Source: a bacterium (GTDB lineage: Bacteria > 4484-113 > JAGGVC01). From it: a stretch of DNA of 64,000 bases. The stretch spans positions 7,917 to 71,916 of the forward strand of contig JABRWB010000054.1 in assembly GCA_039961635.1 (NCBI GenBank), read 5' to 3'. The translations under genes were made by a program, and so were the position numbers. Below, piece by piece: positions 41,735 through 52,965 of this stretch (its first letter is position 1; the number at the start of each line of letters is the position of its first letter). The notes under the pieces are model-generated. The model did no database searches, was not told the origin of the DNA, and worked only from the letters and a program-made list of their open reading frames with translations.

Positions 41735-43546
41735 ATGAAGATACCCGTCGAAAGAACGCGCAACTTCTGCATCATTGCGCACATCGATCATGGCAAGAGC
41801 ACGCTCGCGGACAGGCTGATCGAAGCCACCGCGACAATCGACGCGCGCAAGATGAAGGAGCAGGTGCTCGACCGGATGGATCTCGAGCGCGAGCGCGGGA
41901 TTACGATCAAAGCCCAGGCCGTGCGGATGATCTATCGCGCCAGGGACGGCCAAGATTACTTGCTAAACCTGATAGATACGCCGGGGCATGTGGACTTCGC
42001 GTACGAGGTCAGCCGCTCGCTCAAAGCGTGCGAAGGCGCGCTGCTTCTGGTGGACGCGGCCCAGGGCGTCGAGGCGCAGACCATAGCCAACCTGTACCAG
42101 GCGCTTGAAAGCGACTTGGAAATTGTTCCCGTACTAAACAAAATAGACCTGCCGGCCCAGCGCACCGACGAGGTTCTGGAGGAATTGAAACAAATTCTGG
42201 GCGTCGGCCAAGAAGAAACGCTTCGCGTCAGCGCGAAGTACGGCACGGGAGTGGACGACCTCCTGGAAGCGATAGTCGAAAGGATTCCGCCGCCGAAAGG
42301 CGATCCCGAAAAGCCGCTGGCCGCCCTGATTTTCGACAGCCATTACGACAGCTACCGCGGAGTGGTCAGCTACGTCCGCGTTTTCGACGGGCGGCTGTGC
42401 CAAGGCCAGCAAGTCGTCACGATGAGCAACGGCAAAAAGTGGGAAGTCGCCGACGCGGGCGTTTTCATGCCCGAAATGCTCAAACTGGACGAGCTTTCCG
42501 CCGGACAAGTGGGATACGTAATCCTTGGAATGAAGGAAGTGTCGCAGTCGCGCGTGGGAGACACCATCACGGATGCGGCGCGGCAGGTCGCCCAACCGCT
42601 GCCCGGATACAAGAAAATGACGCCGATGGTGTACTGCGGGCTGTACACCGCGGACGGTGAGAACTTCACCGATTTAAGAAATGCTCTTGAAAAGCTCTCG
42701 CTGAACGACAGCTCGCTGGCATACGAGCAGGAGTCCAGCGAGGCGCTCGGATTCGGATTCCGGTGCGGATTTCTGGGTCTTCTGCATATGGAAATCGTCA
42801 TCGAGCGACTCGAGCGAGAGTACGACCTTGAGCTGATCGCGACTTCGCCCAGCGTCGTTTATCAAGTAACGACGACCGACGGCACGGTGCACCGGATAGA
42901 CAATCCGGGGCGCTTTCCCGATCCGTCGAAAATCAAGCTTATCGAAGAGCCGTTCGTGGAGGCGGAGGTTATCTGCCCGGCGGCGCATTCGAGCGCCATA
43001 ATAGACCTCTCAAAGAAACGGCGCGGGGAAATCGGAGGCATTGATTACCTGACGTCGAACCGGGTGAATTTGCGGTTCGAGCTGCCGCTTGCGGAGATAA
43101 TCTACGACTATTACGACCAGCTCAAAAGCCTTTCGCGCGGCTATGCGTCGCTGGATTACCACTTCAAGGAATTCCGCAAAAGCGATCTGGTTAAGGTGGA
43201 CATTCTTATCAACCAGGAGAAAGCCGACGCCCTGTCGTTTTTGTGTCATCGCAGCGTGGCGCACCAGCGCGCGCGCCAAGTCGTGCAGACGCTGCAGCGC
43301 ACCATTCCGCGGCAGATGTTCCAGATTCCCATACAGGCGGCGATAGGCGGGACGGTTATAGCGCGGGAGAACATCTCCGCGATGCGCAAGGACGTGACCG
43401 CGAAATGCTACGGCGGCGACATCACGCGCAAGCGCAAGCTGTTGGAAAAGCAGAAGAAAGGCAAGCTGAAGATGCGTTCGATTGGCCGCGTCGAAGTGCC
43501 GCAGGAGGCGTTCCTGGCGGTGTTGAAGGTGGATAAGGATAAGTAA
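41735..43546 (+). CDS. lepA: Elongation factor 4
   Basis: RNFCIIAHIDHGKSTLADR, GFRCGFLGLLH, DVTAKCYGGDITRKRKLLEKQK. Confidence 0.98.
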   Translation: MKIPVERTRNFCIIAHIDHGKSTLADRLIEATATIDARKMKEQVLDRMDLERERGITIKAQAVRMIYRARDGQDYLLNLIDTPGHVDFAYEVSRSLKACEGALLLVDAAQGVEAQTIANLYQALESDLEIVPVLNKIDLPAQRTDEVLEELKQILGVGQEETLRVSAKYGTGVDDLLEAIVERIPPPKGDPEKPLAALIFDSHYDSYRGVVSYVRVFDGRLCQGQQVVTMSNGKKWEVADAGVFMPEMLKLDELSAGQVGYVILGMKEVSQSRVGDTITDAARQVAQPLPGYKKMTPMVYCGLYTADGENFTDLRNALEKLSLNDSSLAYEQESSEALGFGFRCGFLGLLHMEIVIERLEREYDLELIATSPSVVYQVTTTDGTVHRIDNPGRFPDPSKIKLIEEPFVEAEVICPAAHSSAIIDLSKKRRGEIGGIDYLTSNRVNLRFELPLAEIIYDYYDQLKSLSRGYASLDYHFKEFRKSDLVKVDILINQEKADALSFLCHRSVAHQRARQVVQTLQRTIPRQMFQIPIQAAIGGTVIARENISAMRKDVTAKCYGGDITRKRKLLEKQKKGKLKMRSIGRVEVPQEAFLAVLKVDKDK

Positions 43547-43567
43547 TTGCAGTAAAATACCCATGCG

Positions 43568-44025
43568 GTGAAGAAACTGCTTACCTTGCTGCTTATCCTG
43601 CTTGCGGGCTGCGGAAGCAAATCAAGCCTTCCAGACAACGCCGATGACGGCCTGTATATAAACGGCGCCGCGGCAAAGACCATATCGCTTTACGGCGACT
43701 GCAAAAAGCCGAACGATAATATTTACGGGCCGAAACGGTTTAGCCGCGTTTACAGGCCCGAATTCCTAGCTTATGTCTATGGGCAAAAATTGACTTTGGA
43801 TATAGTTAGAACGACTGAGCGATCCAGCTATCTCGAGGAATTCGCAGGCCGCGACAACCCAATATTATAATCGTATCGATTTTGGATGAAAATTGGATTG
43901 AATCAAGAACAATGGAACTAAAAGGGAATCTACGGCGTATGTCTACCGAAAAATATTCCGAACACTTCGAAATGAAACTGGAGAAAAATCGACGCTATGC
44001 GATACCAAGTCCTTACGAGCCCTGA
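43568..44025 (+). pseudogene. Low-GC lipoprotein gene, probably frameshifted near 43855
   Basis: Lipobox LAG-C ORF 43568-43870 is followed by an overlapping open frame 43819-44025 (PNIIIVSILDENWIESRTMELKG...). No known family. Confidence 0.45.
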
Positions 44026-44099
44026 GGACCATATTACGCGTTCGTGGAACGCGTTAATTGAGTTGGCACTTCGGATTTTCAGGAAATTTGCGCCGATTA

Positions 44100-44501
44100 T
44101 TATTTGGTCAGCTTTCTAAGCCGCGCAAACACCGAATATCCCCATTCCGCAGCCTGCGCGATTACGGGCAGCGACACAATCGCCGCAAGCCACCTGTATT
44201 TGGGAATCGTCCGCCACACCGCCGCGAGCGCGCGCACTCCGGTCAGCACTCTTCCGCCCGGCTCGACCGCATGGATTTTGCTTGTCGCGGCCTCGCTGGA
44301 TATGCCGGCCCGCGCAAGCTCGCCGCATCGCGCGTTCGCGTCCAGAAACGCAATCGCGTCGGAACCGCCCGACTCCCGCCGCATCCGCTCCGCGAACGCG
44401 CCGCATGCCGCGCACCGGCCGTCGTAAAACACCGTCAGCGTGCAGCTTTCGGCAGCGGCAGGCTCGGGCGCTTTTTCCTTCGGCGCAACGTTTCCATCCA
44501 C
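44100..44501 (-). CDS. DCC1/DUF393 family thiol-disulfide oxidoreductase
   Basis: VFYDGRCAAC (DxxCxxC), IHAVEPGGRVLTG..A, Y..FAR.R. Confidence 0.85.
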   Translation of the reverse strand: MDGNVAPKEKAPEPAAAESCTLTVFYDGRCAACGAFAERMRRESGGSDAIAFLDANARCGELARAGISSEAATSKIHAVEPGGRVLTGVRALAAVWRTIPKYRWLAAIVSLPVIAQAAEWGYSVFARLRKLTK

Positions 44502-44615
44502 GCGACTTGCTACCCGGCCTTCTTTCCTTCGATTGCATCGCCGGCGCACCCGCGTCGCGTACGCGATGATATCATGGAGATTCACTTCCTCGTTTCGAGG
44601 AGGAGGAATGCAAAG

Positions 44616-45284
44616 ATGAAAATCGTGATTGGCAGACTGATTATCGCCGGACTTGCCGTGTCGCTGCTGGCAACGCTTTTTGGCTGCCCGAAACCGGACG
44701 CGGGCGGGGACGCGCAAACGCCCGCGGACGCTTCCGCTTCCGCGCCACCGATGCAGATCGAGAACGCGCCGCCGCCGGACAGCTTCCAGGCGCCCGGTGA
44801 GGCCGCGAGCAAGCCGGCACCTGCCGGAAAGGAGGAGGAAATGCGGATCACTTCAATCGCTTTCGAAAACGGCAAGGAAATACCGGTTCATTTCACCGCG
44901 GACGGCGAGGATGTCAATCCGCCGCTCGCATTTTCCGGAGTGCCCCCGGAAGCAAAATCGCTTGTATTGATAATGGACGACCCCGATGCGCCGATGGGCA
45001 CCTGGGACCACTGGATCCTCTTTAACATTCCGCCCGACATCGGAGAAATAAAGGAAAAGGGCGTTCCGCTCGCGGCCACGCCGGGCAAGAACTCCTGGGG
45101 GCGTACCTGGTACGGCGGCCCGGCGCCTCCGAAAGGGACGCACCGGTATTATTTCAAGTTATACGCGCTGGACACGACGCTGAACCTGGAAAAAGGCGCG
45201 AGCAGGCGGGAGGTCGAAGCCGCCATGAAAGGGCACATTTTGGCCGAAGCCCAGCTTATGGGAAAATATTCAAAGAAAAGCTAG
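44616..45284 (+). CDS. YbhB/YbcL (PEBP/Raf kinase inhibitor-like) lipoprotein
   Basis: Lipobox LFG-C; DVNPPL, LIMDDPDAP, WDHW, GGPAPPKGTHRYYFKLYALD. Confidence 0.9.
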   Translation: MKIVIGRLIIAGLAVSLLATLFGCPKPDAGGDAQTPADASASAPPMQIENAPPPDSFQAPGEAASKPAPAGKEEEMRITSIAFENGKEIPVHFTADGEDVNPPLAFSGVPPEAKSLVLIMDDPDAPMGTWDHWILFNIPPDIGEIKEKGVPLAATPGKNSWGRTWYGGPAPPKGTHRYYFKLYALDTTLNLEKGASRREVEAAMKGHILAEAQLMGKYSKKS

Positions 45285-45308
45285 GCGCGCAAATCCAGTC
45301 ACTTGCAT

Positions 45309-46661
45309 TCAATCCAAGCAATCGGCGAACGCCCTTTTGAATGCCAGAATCGAGGACGCCACTCCGGTGGGAACAATCAGGCCTTCGTCCAGCGGGCTGG
45401 TATCGGCCAGCGACGCGATGAACAGGTCGCTGGACGCAACCTGCAAAACCCTCGCGTAGAATTCGTCGTAGTCGATCACCTGGGCGATCGCTTCGTTGCC
45501 GAGCCTTCGGATTTCGGCCTTGTTTCTTGCGCACAGCGCACGATAAAAATCAATTGTGACGGGTTCGCATCCGTATTCAAGCGCACGCGCGGATGCTTGA
45601 TCGAACACCGTTTCGTCGCCGCGCACGGCTGCGGCGAACGCGGCCCACGCGAAGCTTACCTGCACGGCGCGCCTCGCCGATCCTTCGACACACAGGAAGC
45701 CTGCAAATTTGGGATCGCCCGCCGCGACTATGGCCGAATAAAACGAGCGAACCGCCTTTTCCCAGTCAGCCTTCGTCCTTGTGAGAAGGTAAATCTGGGA
45801 TTTCATATACAAGTCGTACGCGTGGAACCAGCGGTACGATTTGAATTCCTGCCAGCGCAGATTGGCCGCAATGAGCTTGTCCGGGTCGGCCTGGAAAAAC
45901 GCCGCTTTCGCCATTGCGTCAACCGCTCCCGCTTCCGTAGAGATGTTCAGGTTTGTGGCCATCGGCCATGAAAAATTGCGGAGCTGCACTCCGCCGGCAG
46001 GAGCGCCAAGCTCGTCCGGCATGGCCGCTTCAAAGCCGGTTTCAACAAGGTCGGTGACTCCAAGCGACGCATAAAAGCGGTCGCTGGCGACGATTTCAAT
46101 AACTTTTTTGTAGTATTGCTGGTCGGATTCCAGCGATTCGATCGCGTCCACCGAAAGCAGCAGCATCGCCCGCCTGTCGCGCAGGGCCATCGCCTCGTAG
46201 AACGCCATCGGTTCGATGTGCGAGCCCATCTCCAGGCAGCGCATTGCGGAGGCCGCGAAGGTTTTGTGGTCGCCCCTTACCGCGGAAGCAAACGCGCCCC
46301 ATCCGAACGCGGAGCGGATATTGACGAGGAAGTTTTCGTCCACTTCCGCCCTTAGACGGTTAATCTCCGTAGAAGATGCATCAATAAGCTCGCCGAGGGC
46401 TGCGGGAACAAGCTCCCAGTCCTCGCGCCGTCTCGACAGGATGTAAAGCTGGGAGGCAATGCACAAATTGTGCGCTTCGAAATACCGCTCGCCGCGGTGG
46501 CGTTGCCACATTCCGTGGATTTCGCGCATCCTGTCCGGATCGTTGTTTTCGAAGGCTTCTTTGAAAATCGCGTCCAGGCGATGATGGTCGTAAACCGTAC
46601 TGACCGACTCGCTCTTTGGCCAGGGAAATCTAAATCCCGCGTTGTTATAAATTTTTTTCAT
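45309..46661 (-). CDS. Hypothetical all-helical protein made of two ~200-aa internal repeats
   Basis: Paired motifs SQLYILSR/SQIYLLTR, AFGWGAFASAVRGD/SFAWAAFAAAVRGD and VASDRFYASL/ASSDLFIASL. Confidence 0.75.
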   Translation of the reverse strand: MKKIYNNAGFRFPWPKSESVSTVYDHHRLDAIFKEAFENNDPDRMREIHGMWQRHRGERYFEAHNLCIASQLYILSRRREDWELVPAALGELIDASSTEINRLRAEVDENFLVNIRSAFGWGAFASAVRGDHKTFAASAMRCLEMGSHIEPMAFYEAMALRDRRAMLLLSVDAIESLESDQQYYKKVIEIVASDRFYASLGVTDLVETGFEAAMPDELGAPAGGVQLRNFSWPMATNLNISTEAGAVDAMAKAAFFQADPDKLIAANLRWQEFKSYRWFHAYDLYMKSQIYLLTRTKADWEKAVRSFYSAIVAAGDPKFAGFLCVEGSARRAVQVSFAWAAFAAAVRGDETVFDQASARALEYGCEPVTIDFYRALCARNKAEIRRLGNEAIAQVIDYDEFYARVLQVASSDLFIASLADTSPLDEGLIVPTGVASSILAFKRAFADCLD

Positions 46662-46943
46662 TCCCTTCCGGCGCTTTTACCTAAGTACAAGCGCATCCAA
46701 TTCCAAAACTACAACGTGCTCAATGCTAACGCGTCACGACTTTCATCCGCCACGGAGAAGCAGACGCCGCTTTGATTAACTCGGCCGGTTGCTTGCTTGG
46801 GCGGCATCCCGTGCCTGCGGCCTCCTTTCCCCCAACCGGAGATATTTTAACCCGGTTCGCCGGAAAAAGCAAGCCGCCCCGAAAATTCCCCGATGACTGG
46901 TGCCGAAATCTCCGATTTTCAGACCGCGAAAGGATTGTGCAAA

Positions 46944-47016
46944 TGGGCGTTACTGGTTTCGAACCAGTGACCTCATGCGTGTGAAGCATGCGCTCTAGCC
47001 ACTGAGCTAAACGCCC
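46944..47016 (-). tRNA. tRNA-Val(CAC), CCA not encoded
   Basis: GGGCGTT acceptor, GCTC/GAGC D-stem, CATGC-TTCACAC-GCATG anticodon arm, ACTGG-TTCGAAA-CCAGT T-arm; 73 nt. Confidence 0.97.
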
Positions 47017-47030
47017 GCTTAACCGCATTT

Positions 47031-47039
47031 ATTATAACA
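47031..47039 (-). promoter_or_regulatory. Extended -10 promoter for tRNA-Val
   Basis: TGTTATAAT 14 nt upstream of the tRNA 5' end. Confidence 0.65.
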
Positions 47040-47193
47040 CGAAATTCAAGAGCAAGAAATTTTCCAAAATCGCCCTCCGCAAGCGCGAAAACGCGATTGC
47101 GGAGGTATTTATGCTGGTTTGGTAAGAAATGAGCCATCGCCGCGTTCCGGTCGGCTTGACTAGATCGGACGGGGCGAATATCATCGGGATTTT

Positions 47194-47850
47194 ATGGACT
47201 CCGGCGGACCGATTTTTCCAGCCTGGTTTGACAGGCTGGTTCGTATTTTTGGGCTGGTTTTCGTGGGCGGCGCGGTATATATCCTCGTCCTGTGGATATT
47301 CCTCGTCTCGCCCAAGACCACGCGCGTAGGCTACCAGCCGGAGCAGCCCGTCCCTTACAGCCACGCGCTGCATGCCGGCAAGCTGGGGATGGACTGCCGC
47401 TATTGCCACACCACCGTGGAGGAAACAGCGCAGGCCGCCATTCCTCCCACCCAGACCTGCATGAACTGCCACACCACAATCTGGAAAGACAGCCCGAAGC
47501 TCCTGTCCGTGCGCGAAAGCTATGCAACCGGGATGCCAATCAAGTGGGTGCGCGTCCATAACCTTCCCGACTTTGTATACTTCAACCACAGCGCGCACGT
47601 CACGAGGGGCATCGGCTGCGTCAGCTGCCACGGCCGCGTGGACAAGATGGAAACGGTTTACCAGAAGAACATCCTTACCATGGGCTGGTGCCTGGACTGC
47701 CACCGGAATCCGGAAAAGCATCTGCGTCCGAAAGAATTCGTCACTTCCATGGACTGGGTGCCCGAGGAGAACCAAAAAGACCTCGGCAAAAGGCTGGCCC
47801 GCGAATACAACATCAAACCAAGCACCGATTGCTGGACATGCCACCGATGA
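47194..47850 (+). CDS. actA: Alternative complex III pentaheme cytochrome c subunit
   Basis: Five CxxCH motifs (CRYCH, CMNCH, CVSCH, CLDCH, CWTCH) and an N-terminal TM helix. Confidence 0.93.
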   Translation: MDSGGPIFPAWFDRLVRIFGLVFVGGAVYILVLWIFLVSPKTTRVGYQPEQPVPYSHALHAGKLGMDCRYCHTTVEETAQAAIPPTQTCMNCHTTIWKDSPKLLSVRESYATGMPIKWVRVHNLPDFVYFNHSAHVTRGIGCVSCHGRVDKMETVYQKNILTMGWCLDCHRNPEKHLRPKEFVTSMDWVPEENQKDLGKRLAREYNIKPSTDCWTCHR

Positions 47851-50800
47851 AAAACGAAAAAACCGGGCGTGAATATTGGCGCAGCTTGGAAGAGCTGGCC
47901 CTTACGCCCGCGTTCAGACAGTTCTACGAGCGCGAGTTCCCGGAAAACGCCACCGAAATGGGCGCGGGCGGGCGCCGCGATTTCCTGCGGCTTATGGGCG
48001 CATCGCTTGCGCTCGCTGGCATCGGACTTACATCCTGCAGGCTTCCAGAGGAGCACATCGTCCCCTACGCGCACCCTCCGGAGGGGCGGGCGCCCGGAAT
48101 ACCTCTGCAGTTCGCGACCGCGATGGAGATCGCGGGCTGGGCGTGCGGGCTTCTAGTCACGAGCTACGACGGCCGGCCGATAAAAGTGGAAGGCAATCCC
48201 GGCTATCCGATGGGCCGCGGCGCGACAAATTCGTTCCACCAGGCGAGCGTTCTCGAAATATACGACCCGGACCGCAGCAAGGGCGTGGTGAAGCGGGACG
48301 GCGGCAAGCCTCGCAGCATGAAATGGGAGGAGTTCGAGGAATGGGCTGAAGCTCATTTCGGCGCGATAAAAACCGCGCAGGGCAGGAATTTCGCTGTCTT
48401 GTCGGAAGCCAGCTCGTCTCCGACGCTGGATCATCTTAAGGGCGAGTTTCAGAAAGCGTTTCCGCTGGCAAAATGGTACGAGTGGGAGCCGATATCGCGC
48501 GACAACGAGCGCGAAGGCTCCAAGCTGGTTTTTTCGCGTGTTTTCCGCTCGCAGTACGCGTTCGACCGCGCGCGCTGCATCGTCAGCTTCGGCGACGATT
48601 TCATCTGGGGGCATCCGGCGTCGCTCAAATACTCGCGCGATTTCGCGCGCGGGCGCGCCGCGGACCGCGGCGACATGAGCCGGCTGTACGTATACGAATC
48701 CGCATTCACGATTACCGGAGCGAACGCCGATCACAGGTGGGCGATTCCGCCTTCCATGTTGGATTCGGCCGTACTTGCACTGGCGATAGAGATATTCACG
48801 GTGCGCGGCGTCTCGCTTCCCGCGGGCGCTTCCGCGCTTATGGGCGTGCTCAAGTCGCTGTCGGAAAAGGTGAAAAAGCCCGAAGGGATAGGGCTGGTCG
48901 CCGCAGATTTAATCTCGCACAAGGCGCGGGGCGCGGTGGTCGCGGGCGCGGGACTTTCGCCCGCGGCGCATGCGCTTGTAATGCTGATGAACGTCGCGCT
49001 GGAAAACAGCGGGCGGACCGTGGTTTATTTTTCCGACTCGAATCCCGGCAGAAAAACGCATGCCGAGGCGATCGCGGAATGCGCGGAGGCGTGCGGAAAG
49101 GGAGAATTAGAAACACTCCTTATTATCGGCGGCAATCCAGCCTACGACGCCCCCGCGGATCTCGATTTCGAAAACGCGCTTTCCAAGGTGCAAAACAAAA
49201 TCAGATTCGGCATGTTCGAGGACGAAACGTCCAAGCTTTGCGACTGGCACCTCCCGCGCGCGCATTACCTGGAATCCTGGGACGACGCGCGTTCGTGGGA
49301 CGGCAACGTTTCGGTGGTTCAGCCGCTCATCGAGCCCCTGTACGGCGGGCGGACGACATCCGAACTGCTTGCGCTGCTTTTGGGGTCGGATGAAACATCC
49401 GGATACGAGATGGTGCGCAAAACGTTCTCGCGGCTTCGTCCCGCTGTTCTTGATGTTGACAGGCTCTGGCGGCAGTCGCTGATAAACGGCATGGTCGGCG
49501 GCACGCAGGCCAGGCACGAACAGACCGAGCCGGGCGACTTCGGCCTTACCTACGCCGTACAGAATATTCAGGCGGGCTCGGAGGGCGGCGGTATCGAAAT
49601 CGCGTTTTGCCAGGATTATTCGACATTTGACGGCAGGTTTGCGAACAGCCCCTGGCTGAACGAATTGCCCGACCCTATGACGAAGCTTGTCTGGGACAAC
49701 GCCGCGCTGGTCGGCCCATCGTTCGCGAAGCAAAACAACCTGAAATCGGGCGATGTCGTCAAGCTGTCTTCAGGCGGACGCGAAATATCCGCTCCGGTGT
49801 TCGTTATGCCCGGAATTGCGGCGAACACGGTCGTCCTGAATCTCGGTTACGGGCGCAAGAGCGCGGGCCGCGTCGGCAACGGCGTCGGTACGAACGCGTA
49901 TCCGCTTCGGACGTCGGATTCCCTGTGGTTCGCAACGGGAGCTTCGATTGCAAAAACCGGAAAACGGAAGAAGCTCTATTCAACCCAGGATCACCACGCG
50001 ATCGACATGGACGCGCTGGGGAAGAAGGAAACCCAGAAGCGCTTGGGCGCGATTTACCGCCAGGCGACCTTGGCTGAATATATGGCTTTGCCCGACTTCG
50101 CGAAGCACGAGGTGCATGTTCCCGCCGTCGGCCAACTTTACAAGGAACATGAATACAACGGCCACAAATGGGGGATGACTATCGACCTGAATTCCTGCAT
50201 CGGATGCGGAGTTTGCACGATCGCGTGCCAGGCCGAGAACAACATTCCCGTCGTCGGAAAGAACCAGGTTTCGCGCGGACGCGAGATGCACTGGATCCGC
50301 GTCGACCGTTATTTCAAGGGCGATCCGGAGAATCCGACGATCGCCAACCAGCCGATGACATGCCACCACTGCGAGAACGCACCGTGCGAGCAGGTCTGCC
50401 CGGTGGCGGCGACCGTACACAGCGCGGAAGGATTAAACCAGATGGTTTACAACCGTTGCGTCGGGACGCGCTACTGCTCCAATAACTGCCCGTACAAAGT
50501 GCGCAGGTTCAACTTTTTCAACTACCGCAAGGATCTTTCGGCTACCGAGCGGATGCAGCTCAATCCCGAGGTTACGGTGCGCGGCCGCGGCGTGATGGAA
50601 AAGTGCACGTTCTGCATCCAGCGCATCGAATCGGTGAAAATCAAGGCCAAAAACGAAAACAAGGAAATCCGCGACGGCCTGATAACTCCGGCGTGCGCGC
50701 AGGCATGCCCGACGCAGGCAATTGTTTTCGGCGACCTGAACGACGAGCGCAGCCGCGTGCGCCGCAACCATGAAAATCCGCGCGCGTACCTTTTGCTCGA

Positions 50801-50909
50801 AGAGCTCAATGTAAGGCCGCGGCTCTCTTTCCTGGCCAAAATCACGAATCCGAATCCTGAACTCGGCGGCGAAGCGCCAGAACCCCACGAAGGAGGGCAC
50901 GGCGAATGA
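47847..50909 (+). CDS. actB: Alternative complex III subunit B (molybdopterin-oxidoreductase-like plus Fe-S domain, Tat lipoprotein)
   Basis: YWRSLEEL, Tat signal RRDFLRLMG with [14 protein letters not shown]; C-terminal [48 protein letters not shown]. Confidence 0.93.
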   Translation: MKNEKTGREYWRSLEELALTPAFRQFYEREFPENATEMGAGGRRDFLRLMGASLALAGIGLTSCRLPEEHIVPYAHPPEGRAPGIPLQFATAMEIAGWACGLLVTSYDGRPIKVEGNPGYPMGRGATNSFHQASVLEIYDPDRSKGVVKRDGGKPRSMKWEEFEEWAEAHFGAIKTAQGRNFAVLSEASSSPTLDHLKGEFQKAFPLAKWYEWEPISRDNEREGSKLVFSRVFRSQYAFDRARCIVSFGDDFIWGHPASLKYSRDFARGRAADRGDMSRLYVYESAFTITGANADHRWAIPPSMLDSAVLALAIEIFTVRGVSLPAGASALMGVLKSLSEKVKKPEGIGLVAADLISHKARGAVVAGAGLSPAAHALVMLMNVALENSGRTVVYFSDSNPGRKTHAEAIAECAEACGKGELETLLIIGGNPAYDAPADLDFENALSKVQNKIRFGMFEDETSKLCDWHLPRAHYLESWDDARSWDGNVSVVQPLIEPLYGGRTTSELLALLLGSDETSGYEMVRKTFSRLRPAVLDVDRLWRQSLINGMVGGTQARHEQTEPGDFGLTYAVQNIQAGSEGGGIEIAFCQDYSTFDGRFANSPWLNELPDPMTKLVWDNAALVGPSFAKQNNLKSGDVVKLSSGGREISAPVFVMPGIAANTVVLNLGYGRKSAGRVGNGVGTNAYPLRTSDSLWFATGASIAKTGKRKKLYSTQDHHAIDMDALGKKETQKRLGAIYRQATLAEYMALPDFAKHEVHVPAVGQLYKEHEYNGHKWGMTIDLNSCIGCGVCTIACQAENNIPVVGKNQVSRGREMHWIRVDRYFKGDPENPTIANQPMTCHHCENAPCEQVCPVAATVHSAEGLNQMVYNRCVGTRYCSNNCPYKVRRFNFFNYRKDLSATERMQLNPEVTVRGRGVMEKCTFCIQRIESVKIKAKNENKEIRDGLITPACAQACPTQAIVFGDLNDERSRVRRNHENPRAYLLLEELNVRPRLSFLAKITNPNPELGGEAPEPHEGGHGE

Positions 50910-52375
50910 GCTCGGTCGTTTACGACAACACAGCCGAAGATCCGCGGCACCGGACGGTGCTGGTCACCGGAGACAACGACTTCGCGTCGGTAACCGACAC
51001 CGTAGCGGTTATTGCGGAGCGGCCGCAAACCCCGATGTGGTGGAAGATCGCGTTCGCGATCTCGTCGCTTCTGGCGCTGAATCTGCTTTTGCTGATCGGC
51101 TACCTGTTCTGCGTCGGAATCGGAATCTGGGGCAACAACGTTCCCGTGGGATGGGCGTTCGACATAACGAACTTCGTCTTCTGGATCGGGATCGGCCACG
51201 CGGGAACGCTGATTTCCGCCATTCTGTTTTTGTTCAGGCAGCGCTGGCGCACGGGCATCAACCGGTTTTCCGAGGCGATGACCATATTCGCGGTGATTTG
51301 CGCGCTCGTTTTTCCGACCATTCACGTCGGCCGCGTGTGGCTGCTTTACTATGTCTTCCCGATTCCCAACCAGATGTGGATGTGGCCAAACTTCCGCAGC
51401 CCGCTGTTATGGGACGTTTTCGCGGTATCCACCTACTTCCTCGTATCGCTGATGTTCTGGTACATGGGGATGATTCCCGATTTCGCCACGTTCCGAGACC
51501 GCGCCACGAACAAGGCGAGGCAGTGGACGTACGGGATACTCGCGCTCGGCTGGCGCGGCTCAAACCGACAGTGGCTCGTATACGAGAAGGCGTACCTGAT
51601 TCTGGCCGCGCTCGCGACGCCGCTCGTGCTTTCGGTTCACTCGGTAGTCTCGTTCGACTTCGCTACCTCCCAGCTTCCGGGATGGCACACGACGATTTTT
51701 CCGCCGTACTTCGTCGCGGGAGCCATTTTCGGCGGATTCGCGATGGTGCTGACGCTCGCGATTCCCGCGCGCGAACTTTTGGGACTCAAGCACATCATCA
51801 CGATGCACCACCTGGACAACTGCGCGAAGATTATTCTTGCGACCGGAAGCATGGTGGGCTACGCGTACGCGATGGAGTTTTTCACCGCGTGGTATTCGGG
51901 CAATCCGACGGAAATGTTCACGTTCCTCAACCGCGCGACCGGCCCGTACGCCTGGGCGTACTGGACGATGATTTTCTGCAACGTGGTTTCGATCCAGATT
52001 TTCTGGTCCAAGAAGATGCGCACCAGCATCTGGTCGCTTATCACCGTCGCACTCATCGTGGACGTCGGGATGTGGTTCGAGCGGTTCGTGATTATCGTCA
52101 GCTCGCTTCACCGCGATTTCCTTCCGTCCAGCTGGGGGATGTTCACTCCGACGTGGGTCGACATAATGACGTTCGCCGGAACGATTGGGCTGTTCCTGAC
52201 GCTGTTCCTGCTGTTTTTACGCTACCTGCCGGTCGTGGCCATGGCCGAGGTTAAAAGCGTGATGCCCGAGGCGCTCCAGGATTTCGAGGAGCACCGTCCG
52301 ATCGGCGATTACTGGGGCGACGCGCCCAAGGGCCACGAGGAGCGCAAAAAGGAAATGGGAGGCGACAAGCGATGA
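50906..52375 (+). CDS. actC: Alternative complex III NrfD-type quinol-oxidising subunit
   Basis: [45 protein letters not shown]. Confidence 0.94.
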   Translation: MSSVVYDNTAEDPRHRTVLVTGDNDFASVTDTVAVIAERPQTPMWWKIAFAISSLLALNLLLLIGYLFCVGIGIWGNNVPVGWAFDITNFVFWIGIGHAGTLISAILFLFRQRWRTGINRFSEAMTIFAVICALVFPTIHVGRVWLLYYVFPIPNQMWMWPNFRSPLLWDVFAVSTYFLVSLMFWYMGMIPDFATFRDRATNKARQWTYGILALGWRGSNRQWLVYEKAYLILAALATPLVLSVHSVVSFDFATSQLPGWHTTIFPPYFVAGAIFGGFAMVLTLAIPARELLGLKHIITMHHLDNCAKIILATGSMVGYAYAMEFFTAWYSGNPTEMFTFLNRATGPYAWAYWTMIFCNVVSIQIFWSKKMRTSIWSLITVALIVDVGMWFERFVIIVSSLHRDFLPSSWGMFTPTWVDIMTFAGTIGLFLTLFLLFLRYLPVVAMAEVKSVMPEALQDFEEHRPIGDYWGDAPKGHEERKKEMGGDKR

Positions 52376-52965
52376 CGGACAGGCGCGAACTGCTCCAGGT
52401 TGCCCCCGTGCCCGGCGAGAAAAAGCTGCTCGGCCTGCTGGCCGAATTCAAGACACCGCAGGAGCTGCTTGAAGGCGCGGAAAAGGTGCGCGACGCCGGA
52501 TACAAGCATTGGGACGCGCACACGCCTTTCCCGGTTCACGGTCTCAACGATGCGATGGGGCTTCGGGGAACGCCGCTTCCTTATTTCGTCTTCATGATCG
52601 GGCTGTCCGGATGCATTATCGGGCTGCTGCTTCAATGGTGGACCAACGCGTTCGATTACCCGTTCGTGATTTCCGGCAAGCCGCTGTGGAGCATTCCGGC
52701 CAACATACCAGTTGTTTTCGAGCTGACGGTGCTTTTCAGCGCGATAGGCGCGTTCTTCGGAATGCTCGCGTTCAACGGGCTGCCTAAGTATTACCACTCG
52801 ATTTTCAACAGCAAGGTCGCGAAGCGAGCCACCACCGACCGGTTTTACATCGCGATAGACGCGAGAGACCCGAAATTCGACGCGGAAGAAACGCGCAAAC
52901 TGCTCGAATCTCTGCAGACAAGCTGGATAGAAGAGCTTTACGAGGTGGAGGGCGATGCTTCCTGA
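52372..52965 (+). CDS. actD: Alternative complex III subunit D (DUF3341)
   Basis: [31 protein letters not shown]. Confidence 0.92.
   Translation: MTDRRELLQVAPVPGEKKLLGLLAEFKTPQELLEGAEKVRDAGYKHWDAHTPFPVHGLNDAMGLRGTPLPYFVFMIGLSGCIIGLLLQWWTNAFDYPFVISGKPLWSIPANIPVVFELTVLFSAIGAFFGMLAFNGLPKYYHSIFNSKVAKRATTDRFYIAIDARDPKFDAEETRKLLESLQTSWIEELYEVEGDAS

Noticed and set aside
46661-47016. tRNA-Val as a prophage or island integration site
   Set aside because: No integrase, and I saw no duplicated tRNA 3' end (att site) in the window; the search was by eye only.
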